Numbered from the stretch's first letter, positions 47,871-58,476 are shown. The stretch is DNA of 64,000 nucleotides from Candidatus Omnitrophota bacterium (GCA_043797125.1 JAZDPX010000033.1:34527-98526); one strand, 5' to 3'. Notes: generated by a model not told the origin, from the sequence alone. Made by a program: numbers and translations.

Positions 47871-50311
47871 ACATGAAACTGCTTAAGAGCAAATATTATT
47901 GAAATAAAGGCTGCGCAATAACAAAAAAAACCAATCCAGTATGTCACAGATATGCTCAAGCTCAAGGCTATTACAATAGCCAGCACAGAAGCAAAAACAG
48001 AAGTAGCGCCGTTAATTCCCCATAGCCACGGAGTTAATGAGCTGGATTTTTTAGAGGCCATTTTCATGCCAATGGGGAAAGGCATGCCCATAAAAAATCC
48101 CAATAAAAACAGTATCACAGTCACTATGAGTATGCGCACCGGTGTAATTGCCCCTTGGAATTTGTTAATTACATAAGGCGTAAGCAGCCCAAATAAACAA
48201 AGCGCGCCCGCGAGCAGCAGCATTCTTGCAATTATTGATTTTTTTACACTGCTATAACTGCTTTCGGCCTTCCAGCTGGTTGAATAACTTCCAAGGCCGC
48301 TTGATAAAAGCAAGGCAAATAGCACGACTGATAAGCTATAAGTTGGGTGGCCCAGGAAGACAATAAATCTCTGCATTTGAGAAATTTCTATGAGCATAAA
48401 ACCAAAACCTATTGACGCAAAGTATATAAATAAGGGCAAGACCCCGCTTAGAGCCGATTTTTTGGCTGTCAAAATTAACGGCACAATAATGCAAAGCAGC
48501 ACAAGCGCAGTCACTACAATAAGCAGGCTTCCCAGCACAAATACAGCCTTCATATTAAAGCTCTGCGAGCCCTGTTCCCATAACCCTTTTTTGAATATAT
48601 CGCGCAGGCGAAGCATGTGGAAGAAAAAGGGGCTGTTATCCGTCGGAGGAGCGATATTTATAGGAAACTCCGAAAAAAATCTGCCAAGGTCTTTTTGCGA
48701 ACAAATAGTCTTAAAATTTGAATCTATGGCAAATCTCGGGCTAAGGACCAGTTCAAACCCCATGTCTTTAATGACGTTTTCAATCAAATCTACATCCTTC
48801 TCTGAAAAAGGCTGCCTGCTTACAAGCATTGTTCCTACACCATCAGGCGCATCTGCCTTATCACCCAACATAATCCTTGCTATAATTATATGTTTCTGTA
48901 CATCTTCCACGCCAAGGCCTCTTAAGGCGGCAACGGCTAGTGAGGTTAACCTGTAAACCTCTCCCGGGTTTTCTCTAAAATACCATCTGGAAAATGTCAG
49001 TATCCCTCTGTCCGTAAGGTGTTTTAGGAAAATCTTCCATGCCTCAACCGTGTAGAGGGAATTTTCGCTTAAAATAAAAGCGCCTGCCGTGGTAGCTGCC
49101 CATGTATCAATAAGGGAGACCTGTATAATATCAAACCTGTCATTTGACCTGCTGATATAGCTTCTTGCTTCATCAGCGACAAAAGACACATTTGGGATTT
49201 TATCCAGATGCCCTGTAAAATCTGCGAATCTTTCATTAACTGCATTGACTATATCATAATTAATCTCCACGCCTACCACGGATTCCTGTTCAAACACCAG
49301 GGCAGACAATATATCTCTTCCCCCGCCGGAACCTATAACCAGGACTTTCGCCTTGTCTCTGGCATAATGCGCCAGATTAACAATATCATGCTTAAGGTAT
49401 TCCAGCTTGGAAAGATCCTTGTCAAAATATGTAAGCATGGTCGCGGCAGTAGTATCTATATGAAGTTCTAATTGCCTTATTTTTGTATCTTGCGTATATT
49501 TCGGGCTGGGGCCTGTTATCAGGGCTTTTGTTAGCTCCTTGGGCTTACCTCCGACGGTTATTCGCGAAAAAGAATTCCATTTCTCGTATATAGGCGTACG
49601 CTCTGGCGCGCCTTTAACCCATTGCAAGCGCAGTAAAGGCCTCTGTTTGTTCACGAGGCCTGTATTAATTACTATAAAAGAAGCTATCAACAAGGCCATG
49701 CCGACAGTTATCCGGATCATCCTTTTTGTGCCTGCCTCAGCAGCAAAAAAAGCCGCTCCTATAACAGCAAAAAAAGCTGTTACAAATACTGCCGTGGGGC
49801 CGTCTGTGTACCTTAAAGCGTATATCAGCAATACGCAGCCGCAAGCTGCCCCGGCGAGGTCAGCGGCATATAGCCTGCTTACCTGCTTTGGGAATTTGGT
49901 TAAAGCCAGGCAAATGCATATCCCGCTGAATACAAAAGGAACCGCAATTACAACATACGTCAAGCCAATGGTGTACAAGCTGACAATGGATATGGCCCTG
50001 GACAGATTACCAGGAAACGGAATACTTAAATGCGTCATAAAGCTGAAAATAATGCAGATTGCGAAAAGCAAGGAAGCTGCGCAAAGATGTTGCTTTACCT
50101 TTTCCGGCGAAAAGTATCCGGAATTCAAATACACTAAAATAGCGCCCGCCGTCATACCGAACATTGCAACAGATATGGCTACAAATGCAAAATGATACCA
50201 CATTGTTACGCTGAAAATCCGGGTAAGAAGAATTTCGTACATCAAAGTAGCCAGCGCCACCATAAACAGGCCTATATAAGATTTACCTTTAACCGCTAGA
50301 TCAACAGCCAT
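47867..50311 (-). CDS. Membrane-embedded spermidine-synthase/methyltransferase-domain protein
   Basis: N- and C-terminal TM bundles (YEILLTR, LYAADLAGA, MGMPFP, WGING) flank a SAM/dcSAM-binding domain (VLVIGSGGGRD, GVEIN, DEAR, LYTVE). Confidence 0.8.
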   Translation of the reverse strand: MAVDLAVKGKSYIGLFMVALATLMYEILLTRIFSVTMWYHFAFVAISVAMFGMTAGAILVYLNSGYFSPEKVKQHLCAASLLFAICIIFSFMTHLSIPFPGNLSRAISIVSLYTIGLTYVVIAVPFVFSGICICLALTKFPKQVSRLYAADLAGAACGCVLLIYALRYTDGPTAVFVTAFFAVIGAAFFAAEAGTKRMIRITVGMALLIASFIVINTGLVNKQRPLLRLQWVKGAPERTPIYEKWNSFSRITVGGKPKELTKALITGPSPKYTQDTKIRQLELHIDTTAATMLTYFDKDLSKLEYLKHDIVNLAHYARDKAKVLVIGSGGGRDILSALVFEQESVVGVEINYDIVNAVNERFADFTGHLDKIPNVSFVADEARSYISRSNDRFDIIQVSLIDTWAATTAGAFILSENSLYTVEAWKIFLKHLTDRGILTFSRWYFRENPGEVYRLTSLAVAALRGLGVEDVQKHIIIARIMLGDKADAPDGVGTMLVSRQPFSEKDVDLIENVIKDMGFELVLSPRFAIDSNFKTICSQKDLGRFFSEFPINIAPPTDNSPFFFHMLRLRDIFKKGLWEQGSQSFNMKAVFVLGSLLIVVTALVLLCIIVPLILTAKKSALSGVLPLFIYFASIGFGFMLIEISQMQRFIVFLGHPTYSLSVVLFALLLSSGLGSYSTSWKAESSYSSVKKSIIARMLLLAGALCLFGLLTPYVINKFQGAITPVRILIVTVILFLLGFFMGMPFPIGMKMASKKSSSLTPWLWGINGATSVFASVLAIVIALSLSISVTYWIGFFCYCAAFISIIFALKQFHV

Positions 50312-50329
50312 ATGCTTTGCCCCTTCGCT

Positions 50330-51364
50330 TTAGTTGAAGGAATCGTTAAAATTTAATCTATTTATCTGTTCTGCCAAATAATCATTGAGTATCAGCATCC
50401 CCTTTTTGTTTAAATGCGCCGTTTGGCCGTAAAACTCGTCGCTATTAAGCTTGCCTTGGGGGTGCAGAATAATCATATTAGAATATTTTTCTTTGCATGA
50501 ATTTATATAATGTTTATACTCTTTCAGAAAAGCAAAATATTTATCCTTATCGCCCTGGCCGGGAGGGGAAGTCGGTATTAAATAAATAACCTTCATGTTG
50601 TTTTTTAGGGCGGTATCTAAAATGCTTTCTAAATTCTGCTTAAAAAAGGGGCTTATCGGCCGCAAGGGTTCTTCTATAACGCCACCACCTTTATAAATAC
50701 CCTCTTCTACGGTTGCATCGTACCCCTTATCCTTGTAAACGGATGCGATTACATTATTGAGCCTCTGCCTGCTTGGAATATTTTTTATTATGGCAATCGG
50801 CTCGGCAAAAAAGCGCTTAAGTATACCCTGGTGTTTTAACGACGGCACAAACATCTTCAAGACAGAAGCAACCCCGAACATCTTAGCAAAGGAGGTTACG
50901 TTTCCCTGCTTGAATTCGTAAAGATAAAAAATTTTGGTAGTCGCGATATCCTTCTTGGTCCAGCTTAGGCCTATCTGCGGTATATAACCGATTATAAGCA
51001 GTTTTGGCTTTTTTTTGCATGCTTTCATATAATTGTTAAAAAGACAATAAGCCGCAAAGCTGGTCTGCCACGCGTATGTTGAAAAATTCCAGCAGGATTT
51101 TTGAGTTTTTTCATAAATAAGATTAGGATTTACCCCCGTGCTGTTGTAACAATCGCCTAATACGATAATATCAAAATCGTTTCTTCTATTTTGCGAAAAT
51201 TTATTCTTAATATTCATTCTTAAGCCTTCCATAGCGTGCGAGGAAGCGTAAAAATAATCGTCAAAAATAATATTAAAGCCCTCAAAGGCAAACGCCAGCA
51301 AAATGAAAATCAGAAAGCCTTTGGGTAATTTTTTAAAATTGGAAATAAATAAATTCTTTTCCAC
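50330..51364 (-). CDS. Membrane-anchored SGNH-like partner of MBOAT (DltD/AlgJ-like)
   Basis: N-terminal TM, IIVLGDC block I, C-terminal HLN..G. Likely GTG start at 51364 (GGAG RBS) overlapping the MBOAT FIYFQF tail. Confidence 0.6.
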   Translation of the reverse strand: MEKNLFISNFKKLPKGFLIFILLAFAFEGFNIIFDDYFYASSHAMEGLRMNIKNKFSQNRRNDFDIIVLGDCYNSTGVNPNLIYEKTQKSCWNFSTYAWQTSFAAYCLFNNYMKACKKKPKLLIIGYIPQIGLSWTKKDIATTKIFYLYEFKQGNVTSFAKMFGVASVLKMFVPSLKHQGILKRFFAEPIAIIKNIPSRQRLNNVIASVYKDKGYDATVEEGIYKGGGVIEEPLRPISPFFKQNLESILDTALKNNMKVIYLIPTSPPGQGDKDKYFAFLKEYKHYINSCKEKYSNMIILHPQGKLNSDEFYGQTAHLNKKGMLILNDYLAEQINRLNFNDSFN

Positions 51365-52763
51365 CTTCAACTCCAAACATTAATAATAAATAAAAGATAA
51401 CAAAATAGAATACGCCCTTAAACAGGCTGTTGTCCTTTAGGACAACCAACAGGTCATTTTTATAATATTGCCGCAGCTGGACTATTAATAAAATACAAAT
51501 AAAGAACATGATCCTTGAGGCGTTATTTTTTAAATCCGCATCAAGTGAAAAATCAAATTGATAAAACAGGCTGCGCCCCATCTGAAACAGCTGCGGTATA
51601 GAGCGAACCCTAAAAATCAGCCACCCCAGGCATGTTATATGAAAAAACAAAATAACTCTTACCCAAAACCATATTTTCGCTAAAAGAGAATTCCTGATAT
51701 CTTTAATTGCGCTTAAAAACGGCTTAAGCAGTTTATATATAATCAGTAGCAACCCTTGATACGCTCCCCACAACACAAAGAGCCATGTAGCCCCGTGCCA
51801 TAAGCCGCCTAAAAGCATGGTTATGCCTAAATTTCTATATGTATTAAAGTTCCCATTTTTATTTCCGCCAAGCGGGATATATAAATAATCACGCAGCCAG
51901 CTCGATAAACTAATATGCCATCGTTTCCAAAAATCACTTGGATTAGTTGCAAAATACGGTAAATTAAAATTTACCATTATATCAAACCCCATGCACTTGC
52001 CTAGCCCTCTGGCTATGTTTGAATAGCCGGCAAAATCCCCGTATATCTGAAAAGCAAAAGCATACAACGCTATCAAGACTCCTATGCTACTGTACGGCCC
52101 GCCTGAAGCAAATAGAGGGTCCGCGATTTTAGCTAAATTATCCGCAACGAACACCTTCAGAAACAGGCCCCAAAAAATCAAATAGCAACCTTCGTAGAAT
52201 TTTTCCAATGTGAGTTGCCTGGGTTTTAAAACTTGCGGCAAAAGATGATTTGCCCTTTCAATCGGCCCGGCTACAAGCTGGGGAAAGTACGTGACAAATA
52301 AAGCATAATCCAGAAAGTTTTTAGCCGGGGTGAGCTGTTTTCTGTATACGTCAAAAGCGTAGCTCATTGCCTGAAAGGTATAAAATGATATCCCTACCGG
52401 CAGGATAATGTGCAGGAAATTTGCTTTTATTGAAAATCCAAAAACATGAAGCAGGCTCTGAAGGCTTTCTGTAAAGAAATTAAAATATTTAAAAAAACCA
52501 AGTATGCCCAGATTTACGATAAAATTCAGCACTAATATTTTTTTTCGCGCTCTTGCGTCCGATGATTCATAAATATATCTGGCGCAGAAAAAATCCGTAG
52601 TAATGGAAACAAACATTAAAAGCAAAAACCGCCAGTCCCACGCGCCGTAGAATATGCAGCTTCCAACAAGAAGCATGCGGTTCTGCCACTTATGATCAAG
52701 GACGAGGTAAAGCGTATAAACGATTACAAAAAATATCGCAAATTCTAAGGTATTGAAAAGCAT
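51333..52763 (-). CDS. MBOAT family O-acyltransferase (AlgI/DltB-like)
   Basis: MLFNT, FFKYFNF, LPVGISFYTFQ, AGPIER, DFAGYS, FW.RWHISLS.W, GLWHGA, FIYFQF. Confidence 0.95.
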   Translation of the reverse strand: MLFNTLEFAIFFVIVYTLYLVLDHKWQNRMLLVGSCIFYGAWDWRFLLLMFVSITTDFFCARYIYESSDARARKKILVLNFIVNLGILGFFKYFNFFTESLQSLLHVFGFSIKANFLHIILPVGISFYTFQAMSYAFDVYRKQLTPAKNFLDYALFVTYFPQLVAGPIERANHLLPQVLKPRQLTLEKFYEGCYLIFWGLFLKVFVADNLAKIADPLFASGGPYSSIGVLIALYAFAFQIYGDFAGYSNIARGLGKCMGFDIMVNFNLPYFATNPSDFWKRWHISLSSWLRDYLYIPLGGNKNGNFNTYRNLGITMLLGGLWHGATWLFVLWGAYQGLLLIIYKLLKPFLSAIKDIRNSLLAKIWFWVRVILFFHITCLGWLIFRVRSIPQLFQMGRSLFYQFDFSLDADLKNNASRIMFFICILLIVQLRQYYKNDLLVVLKDNSLFKGVFYFVIFYLLLMFGVEGGKEFIYFQF

Positions 52764-52802
52764 AACAGCCCCTTAGCTATAGCTCTTTATCAGCAGCTCT
52801 AA

Positions 52803-54485
52803 TTAAATTCTTCTCCGGGATAGCTTTTGGTTTCCTAAAATCATATATATATATATTGAATAACCGGCTCTGGCAACAGGCGTAACATTGGCAGCCCATT
52901 GCACAGTATCTATATATCTTGTGCTTATAGCGTATACGGTTTTCTCCGGGCGCGCTAATTCACCTTCGCTGGTATCTTCATAATTTATGCCATAAGAATG
53001 CGGATCTGCAACGCCAAAATAATATAGCTTTATGTTTTCTATATTATTTTCTTTAAGATACTTCGCAAGCGCAGGCAGGTCCTGCCCCCAATCTATGTTC
53101 GAATCTCCAAGAAATTTATACCCGTTTTTAGGGCCGCCTATAAATTCGTTGAAATAGCTTAAATAATTCGGCCAGATACAAAGACAGGAAAAAACGTGCC
53201 ACGCCATCAAAAAAATTACCGGTATTTTCGTAATTTTATTAAACAGCGGCTTCACGTTCTTTGCGCATATTACAAAAAATAACGGGTACAGCGGCAAGAT
53301 ATACCTGATGCCAAGCTGCAGCCTGCTGAATGACGCTGCCAAAAAAAAGATTATGATTATTATGAAAAGAAACCTCTCTTTTCTTGTGATGCCCTGCCTT
53401 ATTGCCGTAAAGGCTCCGGCGCAGAAAAAAATAATTACAGGAATCGTGGTTTTTATTAAAAACGCGACTATAAAATAAAAAATATTGCCGTGGGTTAACT
53501 CCTGCCCCAAAAAGTATGTACCATGCCCTTGATATACATGCCCGAACACGCCCAAAACGCCAAGCAGGTGCGCCCCTGACGGGAAGGGCATATTAAGCAG
53601 AAAATTATCCAACCAGCTATTGGGCCTCTGTGCCAGGAAAGGAAAAATTTTTCCAACTACACTATGGGCTACGCTTATCTTCTCTTCTAGCCTCATAGCA
53701 TCCTTTAGTATCGGGCTGCAATCAAAAGCATAACCGGCCCAGAGAACTACTACGGATACGGTAAACATGATAAGCAGTTTAGATATGGCGCGTTTTATAT
53801 TTGCCTTTTCAATAACCGGCGGTTCAAGAACAAAAATCAGCACAAAGACCGGATATAACAGAATTGCCGTGTACTTGGAAAGCTGCGCTAATCCTAAGCT
53901 AATACCTGCAAAGATGATATTTTTAAAACTCATGTTTTTTAGAAAAAACCAGAACGTGCAAACTGATAAAAGCATAAAACATGTTGCCGTCATATCGGTC
54001 GTTGCCAAGCTTGTATGGGCTAATATGTTTGGCGAAAAAGCATATAGGAATAAGCCAAATAAGGCAGCCTTCTCATCGTAAAGGGCCTTTATCCATATAA
54101 ATAACATTAAACCGCATAACAGGCCTACGGCAATAATTGCCAGCCTGCTTAAAAATATCATCATGTGCGGCTGGTTATTATATTTATAAAAAAAGTCCCT
54201 GCCGAATTGCGCCCTGTCAGGCCTTCTCCATTGTGCCTTATCATCCGGCATGTTAAGCTTCATGAACAACTTAAGCGGAAGCGCCACTAAATATCTTGAT
54301 AACGGCGGATGGGATGTATCCATCTTAAAATCCCGTTTAGATAAAAGGACATATCCTACTGGGACATGATGCGCGATCTCATCGCACGTCGGCGACTCCC
54401 TGTCAGGCCAGATGCTGGTTATTGCCAAGCCGGCAAACACAACAAGCAAAAGAAAAGCAATTCCATAAGTGACAGCCTTATTCAT
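52803..54485 (-). CDS. ArnT/PMT-like GT-C glycosyltransferase (C-terminus probably shifted at an (AT)7 tract)
   Basis: TCDE, HPPL, SPN.LAH..LATTD, SKYT, GIRYILP, DSNIDWGQDL. Start set at MNKAV. Confidence 0.85.
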   Translation of the reverse strand: MNKAVTYGIAFLLLVVFAGLAITSIWPDRESPTCDEIAHHVPVGYVLLSKRDFKMDTSHPPLSRYLVALPLKLFMKLNMPDDKAQWRRPDRAQFGRDFFYKYNNQPHMMIFLSRLAIIAVGLLCGLMLFIWIKALYDEKAALFGLFLYAFSPNILAHTSLATTDMTATCFMLLSVCTFWFFLKNMSFKNIIFAGISLGLAQLSKYTAILLYPVFVLIFVLEPPVIEKANIKRAISKLLIMFTVSVVVLWAGYAFDCSPILKDAMRLEEKISVAHSVVGKIFPFLAQRPNSWLDNFLLNMPFPSGAHLLGVLGVFGHVYQGHGTYFLGQELTHGNIFYFIVAFLIKTTIPVIIFFCAGAFTAIRQGITRKERFLFIIIIIFFLAASFSRLQLGIRYILPLYPLFFVICAKNVKPLFNKITKIPVIFLMAWHVFSCLCIWPNYLSYFNEFIGGPKNGYKFLGDSNIDWGQDLPALAKYLKENNIENIKLYYFGVADPHSYGINYEDTSEGELARPEKTVYAISTRYIDTVQWAANVTPVARAGYSIYIYMILGNQKLSRRRI

Positions 54486-54492
54486 GAAATAT

Positions 54493-56760
54493 TTATGCCC
54501 AATCCTTTCTGAGCTCATATAACGAGTATAAAAATACAAAAAAAACCGTAACTGCGCCTACAACAATTAAAAAATTCAAATAATGGGGGTTATATTCAAA
54601 AAATATTTTATTCGCTCCCGGCCTGACGCGTACAGCCTGCAGGGTTTCCATATACTTTTGTATCCTGACGGCCTTTCCATTAACATAGGCATTCCACCCG
54701 GGGTAAAAGGTTTCTGAAAAAACAAGAAAACCTTCGCGCTTAGAATCGATAAAAACTTCCGCCTTTCCGGATGAGTATTGATTAATATTTACGTTAATAT
54801 GATCCGTCTTGTTTTTGCCGAGGTCATCAGTAAAAAAGAACCTCGGCTCATAATTATTGACCCGGTAAAGATGGGCTCTGCCTTCCTGCATTACAAATTT
54901 TAAGGAATCCAAATCTAATTTAACCGTTGAAACAATATATTTTACGTTTAAGCGCCTGAGTAAATCAAGTTTGCCGTTTAATGCGTCTTTTTTGGGCGCG
55001 ACTATGCCTAATGAATCATCAACAACGCCGATATCCTTTACTTTTGAAAAATATGCTTTATTAATCAAAGGCGAATACATTGAAATGCTGTCTAATCCGT
55101 AAAATGCGTTTAGGCTCGGGCGCAGCCACAAAGGCATGGATTTAAACTCGCCGAACGGGCATATCCTGAAAAGCTCCTTATCGTTTTGTAAATATTCAAC
55201 GATCTTTGTTTCCGCGGGCAGCACATAATTAAAATCGGCAAAATCAGCCCTAAGCCTTTTGCTGGAAATGTTAAAAATAAACAATTCCGCGCAAATTAAT
55301 AATAGACATACGTATTTAAACCTGTAAACATTCTTTGCGTATTTAAATAACCTATACAACACCAAAAAGGCGCATAAAAGCATGACAAGCGCCGTCAACG
55401 TATGCGGGTTTTGCAAAGAAAATCTTTCAAGGACCTGCGCATACACATGTCTTACCTTATCAAGATACAGCTCCATACTATACCTGTGAAAGGGCTCACC
55501 GTAAATATGCCTTATAACGTAAGACGAGGCCAATTGCAGTATTTTTTGGCCAAAAAATCCGATAATCAACTTGGCGGCCAAAAAAAGAATCAACACGCCG
55601 GATAATAAATTTAAATAAATGCGGAAAGGGAGATTGTCCGCTTTTCTTGTTTGTGAAAAAAATTCTGTAAAGCCGATACCCGATAATACGGAGAGCGAAA
55701 AAATTCCAAAATAAAGCAGCCTGGCAGGAACGCGGAAAGAATAAAAGTTAAATAGCTTTATAATAAGAATATAGGCGGGGTTATATTTTCCGAAAGCAAG
55801 GAAAACGGAAAGCAATAAAACAAAAAGAAGGGATTTTATTTTAGCATCTTGTCTTTTTATGCCGGCAGCGTAAAAAGCAAAAAACAAAGGGATTATTCCT
55901 ACAAAAAGCATATAGCCTTTCGAAAAAACAAGGCCCACATAAGGTAAAAACGCGCCAATAAGTGATAGCGGTGAAAATGAGCCCCAAAGGGCGAAGCCCG
56001 GGCCGTTGCCGGCCCTTGGCGAATACATTGAAAGCCGCCATGTTGAAACAGCCTGCGGCACACTAATTAACACTACGATGAGCAAAATAACGGCTAATTC
56101 AAGAATAACAGGCAATGCTTTTCTCTTTTCGAAAAAGCTTCTGTGTAAAAAATAAATAGCGCAAAACAGCAAAGAATAAAAGGACATCTGCATAGAACCG
56201 GCGAGAAACTGAATGCCCATTATGGCGGCGGCTATCAATAAATAGGCTTTCTTGTCTTCCTCAAAATATTTCTCGAATAAAAATAGAATCAGCGGAAACC
56301 ACGCCAGGCAAATAACTGCCGGCATGCTGATTAGAAAACCGGCGTAAATACTGCCGAAACAAATGCACAGAGCTGAAATTAAGCCTCCCAGCATACAGGC
56401 CTTAAGTTTTCTGGCATAAAAATATGTAAAAACACCGGATAATACAAAATGCAAGAGGAATGAATAGTTATAGGCTATCTTAAATGGCAAAAAGAAATAA
56501 AAAAGGATATGCATCGGATATAAAGCGCCTATCTGGCCCTCTGCAAATAAAGGAAACCCGCATTGCACGTACCTGGTCCATAAAGGCAGATGCAGCGCTT
56601 TTACGCTGTTTGCGTAAATGTTGAGCCATGGAAAAAATTGCTGCAGATAATCAGCCCTTATTAAGCCTGCTTTTAAAATCACCGCGTCAAAAAACACATA
56701 AATTATAATACTTGCGAATATCAGGAAAAAAAGGATATGCTCTTTTATTTTCATATTCAT
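54493..56760 (-). CDS. YfhO-family membrane GT-C protein
   Basis: D..QQFFP, PLW...GFP, LYP, FRVPAR; C-terminal LVFSETFYPGW.AYVNG. Confidence 0.85.
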   Translation of the reverse strand: MNMKIKEHILFFLIFASIIIYVFFDAVILKAGLIRADYLQQFFPWLNIYANSVKALHLPLWTRYVQCGFPLFAEGQIGALYPMHILFYFFLPFKIAYNYSFLLHFVLSGVFTYFYARKLKACMLGGLISALCICFGSIYAGFLISMPAVICLAWFPLILFLFEKYFEEDKKAYLLIAAAIMGIQFLAGSMQMSFYSLLFCAIYFLHRSFFEKRKALPVILELAVILLIVVLISVPQAVSTWRLSMYSPRAGNGPGFALWGSFSPLSLIGAFLPYVGLVFSKGYMLFVGIIPLFFAFYAAGIKRQDAKIKSLLFVLLLSVFLAFGKYNPAYILIIKLFNFYSFRVPARLLYFGIFSLSVLSGIGFTEFFSQTRKADNLPFRIYLNLLSGVLILFLAAKLIIGFFGQKILQLASSYVIRHIYGEPFHRYSMELYLDKVRHVYAQVLERFSLQNPHTLTALVMLLCAFLVLYRLFKYAKNVYRFKYVCLLLICAELFIFNISSKRLRADFADFNYVLPAETKIVEYLQNDKELFRICPFGEFKSMPLWLRPSLNAFYGLDSISMYSPLINKAYFSKVKDIGVVDDSLGIVAPKKDALNGKLDLLRRLNVKYIVSTVKLDLDSLKFVMQEGRAHLYRVNNYEPRFFFTDDLGKNKTDHINVNINQYSSGKAEVFIDSKREGFLVFSETFYPGWNAYVNGKAVRIQKYMETLQAVRVRPGANKIFFEYNPHYLNFLIVVGAVTVFFVFLYSLYELRKDWA

Positions 56761-58476
56761 CTGGATTCTACTTCATAAATGGTCAAGCAGGGCCCCATAA
56801 GCTTGCGCGCAAATAGCTCGTCTGTCGTGACGGGCAAAGCCGTTGTGTCCGTGCTGTCGTAACGAAATCTGATTCCTCCGTCGTAATAGGGGCTAAATTC
56901 CTTAACAATTACCGCATGGTTTTTCAACTTATTCAAAAAAAAAATCATTTTTTACATCCTGGCCTTTGCTGTTAATCACTATATACTTAATGTCGAGCTT
57001 CTTTATCAAATCAAAATCATATAAAACTGCGGGCACCGTAGAGAAAAACTGCCCCTGTTTCTGGGCCTTCCCCGATAAAAAGAAAATGTTGTATGTTTTT
57101 GCATCTTGCATCCGGATAGCCTTTTCCAAAAATTCGAGCTTTTTTGTCTTGGCGCTTTTTAGCTCCCGTTGCATTTCTAAGGCGCCGCGTTTCTGCTCGA
57201 TCTGTTCTCGCGTCTGGCTTATTGGCGGCCTAAAAAAGGTATGATCAACTGCAATTTTTGTATAAGCGGGAATGTTTTTCTGGATCCAATCCATGCAGAG
57301 AACCCTTGTATCTGTCCCGGAAAAAAGTATATCCGCTTTTACAGATTTTATAACGCCTGGCGCAATTATAACTGCCGCAAAAAATATAACTACAAATTTT
57401 TGCATGCGGCTTCTGGCTTTGGGCATCAACACCTTAAACACTAAAAAGGCCGCTGACATAACAATAAAAGGCACAAGAGGCAAAACATACCTGGAATACC
57501 TCTGGCTTCTTATTGCCAGATGCAGGTAAAAAAGAACCGGGAAAGACAAGAAAAAGACAGCCCCGCCTTTTTTCTTTCTTATCAGGATAAAAACCGCGCC
57601 CAGCAAACCGGATGCTAAAAGCGCTATGCCTAAGCCTTCAAACAACGAATATTGCAAATGATGCAACCAGCCGATATAAGAATTTCTGATTCTTCCGGTA
57701 ACGCTTTCTATAAAAAAGCCGCTATCTAAGACCGAAAACGGGTTTGTCGCAATAAAGGCGGCTACTGCGGCAAAGATTCCTGCCCATAGCCTCTTATCTG
57801 CAATTATCTTCTTTTTATGCCTGTTACCATCAAAAACAATTTTGCAATGCGCTATAAATAAGCTTCCCAGCAATAACGCGGCATTGTACTTTATGCTTGC
57901 TGCCAATCCGATAAGTGCGCCTGAAAATACATAGTTGGAAAAAAGCGGCGCATCCATCATTCTGCATAACAAAAGATATGTCAAAAGAATAAAAAACACC
58001 ATCCAGTTATCGGTATAAGCGTAGTGGGCGTTTACAACGCATAAAAAAGCAGCCCCTACGCATAAAGCCGTGTAAAATGCCCCTTCTTTTCCGAACAGCC
58101 TTACGTATACCAGGTACGATAACCATATCGATATTGTCCCTGGAATTAAAGCCAAAACAACTCTTGCAATCAGATAAAATAGTGAGGGGTCAACAAAAAA
58201 CCTTATTGCAAAATCGTCTGTAGATAAAAAAAACCCGAAGGCCTTGCCTGTTAAAAAAAAGATGCCGTAACAAATAAACAACAGATATGAACAAAGCGGG
58301 GGGATTATAAAAAAATGAGGGTTAAAATCACCCCCGCCGTAAGCTAATGCATGGTTTACAACAATTGGTTCATCCTGATGGAACTGATGGGGCAGCCCAA
58401 AACCTATGCCCCAGAGCCTTAAGGCAAAACCAAAAAAAATTATTATCAGCAAAATATATTTTTTATGGAATTTCAT
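56757..58476 (-). pseudogene. ArnT/PMT-like GT-C glycosyltransferase split by a frameshift at a T10 tract
   Basis: 515-aa ORF (LRLWGI.FGLP..HQDE, NPHFF, KYN, RYVLP) stops right after T10 at 56935-56944. The 63-aa ORF 56757..56948 carries the continuation ending GP..IYE, and T9 would fuse them. Confidence 0.75.

Noticed and set aside
58195-58440. Other A7-A8 homopolymers in membrane-protein genes as phase-variation sites
   Set aside because: They are in frame and explained by Phe/Lys codons in AT-rich TM segments, with no disruption visible.
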